Source: Oopsacas minuta
Lineage: Eukaryota > Animalia > Porifera
Direction: 5' to 3'
NCBI GenBank assembly: GCA_024704765.1
Contig: JAKMXF010000188.1
Location: 429,015-493,014 of the forward strand
Length of the DNA: 64,000 nucleotides
This document shows, piece by piece, positions 57,873-64,000 of the stretch (position 1 is its first letter; each line of letters starts with the position of its first letter). The notes under the pieces were generated by a model. It did not search any database and was not told where the DNA came from. It worked only from the letters and a program-made list of their open reading frames with translations. A program made the position numbers and the translations under genes.

Positions 57873-60429
57873 TTACCTTTCAAAGAAAAATCAAATTTCT
57901 TCGAATTAGAGAAAGTTTGAATTTCGGACAGAATTTGTATGGAATTCATGCGAGAGTTTAATTTTGATTTGGGCATTATATATGTTGATTCTGGAACTGA
58001 AACTGACTGTTAAGGTGAAACCGAAACTATGAGATAGCATTCAGGGATATTTCAGGAACCTATATTTTTGTAGTATGTGATCAAAGTTCTCACCTTAAAG
58101 TCGTTAAAATAAAATGAAACTTTTTCCGGATCGGATTGGAGTGTATAAGAAAATCTATAATACTTTACGCGCAATGGTGTGTTCCCAAAAGAGGGAGTGG
58201 CAGAGGGCGCTCCGTGCTCCATACTCAAGTTAAACCTTTCTTAGAAACCTCAGTGAAACCCCTCCAAAAGACAAACTGTTTACATGGCCTTAAATATAAA
58301 TTGCGTGCGAACTAATTGAAACATACTATATTATGAATGTACGTAACCATGATTATGATTTATGCATACATTGCTATAAACAAGAACATGTAACCTATTC
58401 AATTGCATGTACGTATATACATTCGTCCATGTCAGTAAGTATATGTAGACACCACTTGATCAAAAATATACTCCACCTCCGAGTTACTAAACTGAAATTT
58501 GTGAAGTAATCACATTACATCAGATTACGTATGACTAATAAACTAAGGCAAAGTTTAATTTTTGCCAACTCTAGCATTTCAAGTAGAGTATCACAATACC
58601 TAAAGGGGTGCGAGAGCCGATTTTAGAAAATCATGAGAGTGAGTGCATAAGGCCACTGTTAGTTGGAAATTTGTTTCAGCCCCACCGCAGGAATCCAGTA
58701 TTCTGCAAGCAGGAATATTATCATTAATTTTGGAATTATAATGGAACCTGCGTAATCTAACATTCGTTGGACAAGAATATTGCGTTGGCATATACAGGTG
58801 AATTTGTAATGTCGGAAGCTATTTCAGATCAGGAACACTGTTGGATTAGAGGTCCCCAGATTATACATGTGTCGGATTGTGCAGGTTCCACTATATTGCA
58901 TTGTCATTATTTCTAAGGCATTAGCCAATCACCAAATTAATGATCACAATCAGGATCGTTGAGTAAAAAATGATCAGAGATCGTGATTGAGATCCTTACG
59001 CGCCAAAATGGATCGCAATCACGTTCACAATCATTTCCTGATCACTTTTCTGGAATTTATTAACACCTAAGGGAGATGCTCTATTTAGTCTAATACGTGC
59101 GTCCGTCGTCCTCCCGCGCGGTCATGCGAAATCTACAACTTCGATTACCGTGAAAATTAGTAAATACATTTTGATATACATTTGGGGTCTTGATTCTCAA
59201 TTTTTAAATACTGTCTACCTAAAACGATCGGGAATTCTTAGGGAAAAATTATCGCGATCTTCCATTCGATCACTAATTATAAATGATCGACCATAATAAT
59301 GCTCTGATTATTTCACCACTTTCTCAGGGAATCCTATTACACAATATATTTATTTACCACTCAAAGCTAGGCACCAAACCTTTAATCCGTTAATCCTTAA
59401 ATAACTTAATTAAAAATTATTAACGATTTAACTTGAATTTAAGTTTAAAAATCATATACGGATCCATAAACTTCCGTTACAAGTCCTCAACCAATCTCTT
59501 TCCTTTATATTCACTGATTAATTAATACACCAAAGTTGTTCTAGCAGCATACTTAGCTATTTCCCTAGTTGGATTTCTAATAATAGTATTTGCAAATAAT
59601 ATGAATTTTTCACTTTTTTGTCAGAAAGTTTGCGAGAAACACTCAATATTTTCCCAGGATATAATGTAAGATCCCGGAATAATTCTTGATCTCAGAAGGT
59701 TGGCAAGTATGTAGCAGTTGTGTTACAGCTTGCTAAGAAATTCTGGACCGGACAGGACTGTCTATAAGTACATATTTGTACTTCTATCCGGTTTTATGTG
59801 ACGGGGTAAGCAAAAAATATTGGTCGGCATTAGGTATGGGCAAGAGTAAAATCTATGGGATGATTAATTATTGTTCCGGTAATGACTGGATCTGCCATAC
59901 TGGATCGTTTTATCACTTTTTAGGGGTTTTTAGAGAACAAAACTTATTTTGTTGTGTTTGTATAATATAAATTAATTTTAACTACAATATCCTTTACATT
60001 TGTAAAGTGTTAACTAAATCAATCTTTGTTACTACTGCAATTAACAGGTGAATAGTATTTATCTTCACAAACCGGTTTTAAAACGCTTAATTGACATATT
60101 TCTAAGCAGAATTATTGAAATTACTTCTTGATTGGCCACATTGTAATAATGAGACAATGATAATGAAATGCCGCCCTCGCATGCTTAGATGGACATTATG
60201 TGGAGCTGAAACAATTTTTGCATTTCAAAAAAGAGCCTAAAAGGTTGAGATCCACTAAGACAAAGCAATAAGTACCTTAAATCCCAAAGAATTCTGCTAA
60301 TAATTAATAAGAAATGTGTAAGATAATTTATATGTTTATGTTTAATGCGAATACTTGTAAATATATACATTGATAAAGTGATTTAGTTATTAATAGAAAC
60401 TCGTGAGATTAGTGTTAATAAAAAGTCAG

Positions 60430-60669
60430 TTATTTGGTGAATGAGGCTCCCTTAAGGTTACATGATGTACTCTGTGAATAATGACGCTTCTCTTTGTGTG
60501 GAATGTTAGCAAGGTCTGTTTGAAAATCTACTCTTGCAAGATTATGTCCCTCTCTCTGTAGCTCTGAGAAGACACTGCTCTCAAACGCATGATTATAGTG
60601 AGTGCGCTGAGCACGAGTCCAGTCCTGACTAGACGTCTTCTCTACGGTGCACCAAGATTCAGTATTCAT
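60430..60669 (-). CDS. Candidate small ORF or exon (79 aa), unknown
   Basis: A GC-elevated island with codon style like the neighbouring real exons, lying between CWC27 and the DAPK-like gene. No homology recognised. Confidence 0.35.
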   Translation of the reverse strand: MNTESWCTVEKTSSQDWTRAQRTHYNHAFESSVFSELQREGHNLARVDFQTDLANIPHKEKRHYSQSTSCNLKGASFTK

Positions 60670-60872
60670 CTCGAAAAATTGCTAGTTAGGAGTATTTGCA
60701 TATGAAAATTAGGATTAATGAATCAAATTAGCTCAAATTAAATAACGTACAACATAGTTTAGCAGAGAGGATGGAAATATGACTATCCTAAATTATGAAT
60801 TATCTCTACACCTAAAATAGTAATATTAAAACCCTACTGGTAGATACGTAGGAATAATACTTGTAATTACTA

Positions 60873-61015
60873 CAGTTGATGCCGGTTATAAGAACATGCA
60901 AGATATAAGAAACATCCCCTGGAAAATGGTTCTCTAATATTCCTGTATATTTTATACCGCTTTTCGGTTGTATGTATGCTACTCACAAAGGTGTTCTTAT
61001 AACCGGCATCCACTG
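60873..61015. mobile_element. Tc1/pogo-type MITE (143 bp)
   Basis: TA-CAGTTGATGCCGGTTATAAGAACA...TGTTCTTATAACCGGCATCCACTG-TA (24-bp TIR, 1 mismatch). Confidence 0.85.
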
Positions 61016-61209
61016 TAATAGCATAACAGATAACAGCACTAATATACCGATGGGAAGCGTCAAGTAAAGCACTTATTGTTGTAATTAATTAGCTCAATCA
61101 GTACTCTGTATCCGTCCGCCATGTCCGTACTATACTGTCATCAATATATTATCAATTCGTGAATCTCCATAATATTTCATCACATAAATCTTAAATAATT
61201 GTAAATATT

Positions 61210-63158
61210 TCAATTTTTCTTTTTCCGCATTATATCTCTATTCTCTTCTCTTCTCCTCTTGTTCATACTGTTTCTAGGATCATATATATCCCATCTATCT
61301 TCATTAGTTACATTCACGTCCTTTACCACTGCAATATTTTCTCCTTCGAAATTTAAACTTTTGCACATCCATGAGGCATCAGCGGCAGGTTTGTCCTCCT
61401 CCAGCTCCTCAGTATCGGATTTATCTGAATCAGATGAGTTCTCTGCTAATTTTCTGACCATTTTTAGTTTGTTAGAGAACTTGGTTAGCATGGCTAGTGT
61501 ATTATCCTGTCGAATAGACCTATCTATTTTGAACTTTTTAGATTTATTGATATATTGAATCCTCTGTTTTATAAACGGATCTTCGGAAGATTGATTATTT
61601 TCTTCAGAAATTTCAGATTTCTCTTTATTTCTCTTTGATTGAGCACGTAATTCTTTTCGCAACAATTCGTATTCACTTTTAACTTCTCCCTAATAAGTAA
61701 CACATTATGTAAACATTAAAATAGAAAACTTACCAACGCTAAAGGATTGCAATATTTCTTAGATATTGAGATTTATTATTATCCATTGTTGTACAAAGAT
61801 TGCAACTATGGATACCATTAAAACTGAAAGCTGTTACATGGTAGGTCAATGTTATATAATCTGGATATAGTAGCCAAAACAAATTATTGTAGTAAAGTGG
61901 TGAAAATATGATTAATCATATGATAAATCATGGAGATTGAGATTTGAAAATAAGAAAATTGGAATCTCCAAACTAGATTATCGGTAACTAGCCGTTCAAA
62001 CGAAATTGGAAGCATCATCTTGAGTAATATGCTAAAAGGTGCGAATCTACGCACCCAAATACCCCTGACAACATGTTGAAACCTAATCTCTATCATACTT
62101 TTGAATTTACTTACAAAGGTGGAAAATATGATTAACCACCAAAAGGTGTGAAAATTCACTAAAAGATTCATACCAGAGGTGCAAATGTATATGCATATTG
62201 GGTCTGAGATTTGAACCTCGGGTATGGATTTTTCTATGCATACCAATCTCCCTATTAATCGGAACGCTAGATTTCGCACCTCTGCGCTGACGTACGTACA
62301 GACGTAGTTCTTGTCATTTGAAATAGCTTCCAACAATACTGATATTGCAAATCCGACAAAAGTTCCATGTTCCAACTAGTGTCAGTTTATGCAGGTTAAT
62401 ATCGCACGGCTCCGTCCGCAGACGGAAATACGGACGTCGCACATGGTGACAATGGGGCATCTCCCTAAAGGAGCCGCACTAAAAATCGCTAAAATATTCT
62501 CAGTAAAAGAACTATTTTCAATTAGTAACTAAAGTGTATTGTAATCAAAATTAGATATTTACAGTTACGTTTATTATAATAATCATTCGTAATATTATTG
62601 TACTTTTACCAAAAATACCTTTGATAATTGTTTATCCTTCTGAACTGAATTGTTATTATCTTTGTTACCATTAATGATTTCTTTCTCAGAAGAATTGGTA
62701 CTGCTTTTTTCTTTTGTAATATTGTTAGTGGTTTCATTAGGAATCAATTCAGTTTCATCTACACAAACTTCATCGCTAGTTATATTGTCTGTAGAATTGA
62801 GTAATGAAGGGTGCTGATAACTCTCTAAACCTTCACTAATAAAATCGTGACTACTTTTGGGTTGTAAAAGAATCTCAGAAGTTTGCATCTGATCAGAATC
62901 TGCATCTGTTCCATCTTCCAACTCATCTCCGAAAGAGAGTAGGTTTAGATTCTTAACAGATTTCCTAGTGTCAATTTTAGGTAGAATGGAATTTGAAAGG
63001 TTTGAAATAAATGAATCTTGTTTCTTCGGTTCGAGATCTTGAAACGGATTGGATAGAATTTGAACTTTGATTATTTTAGGAGGATCAAGAGGTCTGTCAT
63101 TACTATCTGTCGTAACGTCATTAAACCTCAAAAGATTATACTTTGTGTCTCCTGTCAC
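61210..63158 (-). CDS. CWC27: Spliceosome-associated cyclophilin-like protein CWC27, last two exons (5' exons outside the window)
   Basis: Exons 63158-62619 and 61689-61210. Motifs VTGDTKYNLLR, KIIKVQILSNPFQDL, KNLNLLSFGDE, KSSHD and the C-terminal WDIYDPRNSMNKRRREE. Confidence 0.92.
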
Positions 63159-63840
63159 CTATTTTAAACAGAAGTATAAAAGCTCATAGTATACTCGTAT
63201 AAGGTGTTTATGAATATACTGTAGCTTAGAAGAGTACGGATATTTTACTTTTGAGATTGTAAAATCGGAATCTTAAAATATATAGAATAACGCAAAATTG
63301 TCAGAAATGATATATTCAAACTAACAAAACGAATATTTTAATTATTATTGGCGAGCCTTTGGCTCGAGGTCTCGAGATATACTTTATTCTTCATATGACG
63401 GCCATTCCCCCTATAGGGACTGCACTAATTAAATTGTATAATAAAACTATAATATATTTACATAGGACAAATTTAAAACGCGAAATCCAGATTCAGCGTA
63501 CTTTGTTATCCTTGTATAGCCGTTGAGAGTAGTCTACATGTATATTCGGTTTCAATAATTAGTTTGCTACGTATGTATTCAGCTCAGCTCAGCTAAAGCT
63601 GCGAGTTCTTAATTCTTGGCGAAGAGAAGAGATAAAGAAATGATAATTTTAAAACATGATTTCATTTAGTGAACTAAGAGAGCATTTCTGGCCAGTCTGG
63701 TAGAATCTTAACTTTATAAAGATACATAATCTGATTTACATGTTTACATAAGAAGAAAGGTTAATTTACATTTCATATGAGTAATAGAAAGTTTTTAAAT
63801 AATTTACCTAACATAAGCTTATTCCAGGCAATAACAAGTA

Positions 63841-63843
<3 letters not shown>

Positions 63844-63916
<73 letters not shown>
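63844..63916. repeat. (TAA)n microsatellite, ~24 units
   Basis: A pure TAA run that explains the poly-Ile ORF at 63773-63979. Confidence 0.98.
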
Positions 63917-63917
<1 letters not shown>

Positions 63918-64000
63918 GTAATAGTAGTATACAACAAATCTTTACGATTCAAGAACCTTTCTACGAAACTATTAGTCAACCACCTAACGAAGAACCCGAT

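Noticed and set aside
56210-60420. Expected DAPK kinase exons
   Set aside because: I saw no kinase motifs on the minus strand by eye, and the region is dominated by MITE, Helitron and HINE-like repeats. Very short exons cannot be excluded without a translated search.
61884-62375. 163-aa ORF
   Set aside because: It lies entirely within a HINE-like repeat inside a CWC27 intron and has no protein motifs.
63773-63979. Poly-isoleucine ORF
   Set aside because: It is simply the translation of the (TAA)n microsatellite in a CWC27 intron.
1-64000. tRNA, rRNA, snRNA or SL RNA genes
   Set aside because: No recognisable A/B boxes with a cloverleaf, rRNA motifs or snRNA sequences were seen. An SL RNA gene could not be recognised without knowing the leader.

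Overview
AT-rich, repeat-dense animal genomic DNA. The few-intron gene style and the repeat content resemble a glass sponge such as Oopsacas, but this is an inference only. I can reconstruct seven conserved genes, all on the minus strand: TMEM14 (4 exons, not annotated as a gene by the ORF track), CARNMT1 (2 exons), SPAG16/PF20 (6 exons), CTR9 (3 exons), an intronless POLR3A/RPC1, a DAPK1-like ANK-ROC-COR-death-domain gene (8 exons) with no visible kinase domain, and the 3' part of CWC27. The plus strand carries a single-exon orphan 354-aa protein with about 7 transmembrane segments and a decayed nucleoredoxin pseudogene. The rest is largely mobile DNA: a DD37E Tc1/mariner element nested in a non-autonomous Helitron, two Helitron families, HINE-like repeats, hAT, Merlin-like, Tc1/pogo and Harbinger-like MITEs (several with target-site duplications, three confirmed by empty sites within the window), a CRE-type retrotransposon remnant, a gypsy gag remnant, foldbacks and mini/microsatellites. 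The most intriguing system-level signal is that all seven confidently reconstructed start codons are closely preceded by an unpaired YAG acceptor, which together with gene co-orientation suggests spliced-leader trans-splicing and possibly operon-like transcription. No rRNA, tRNA or CRISPR array was recognised.
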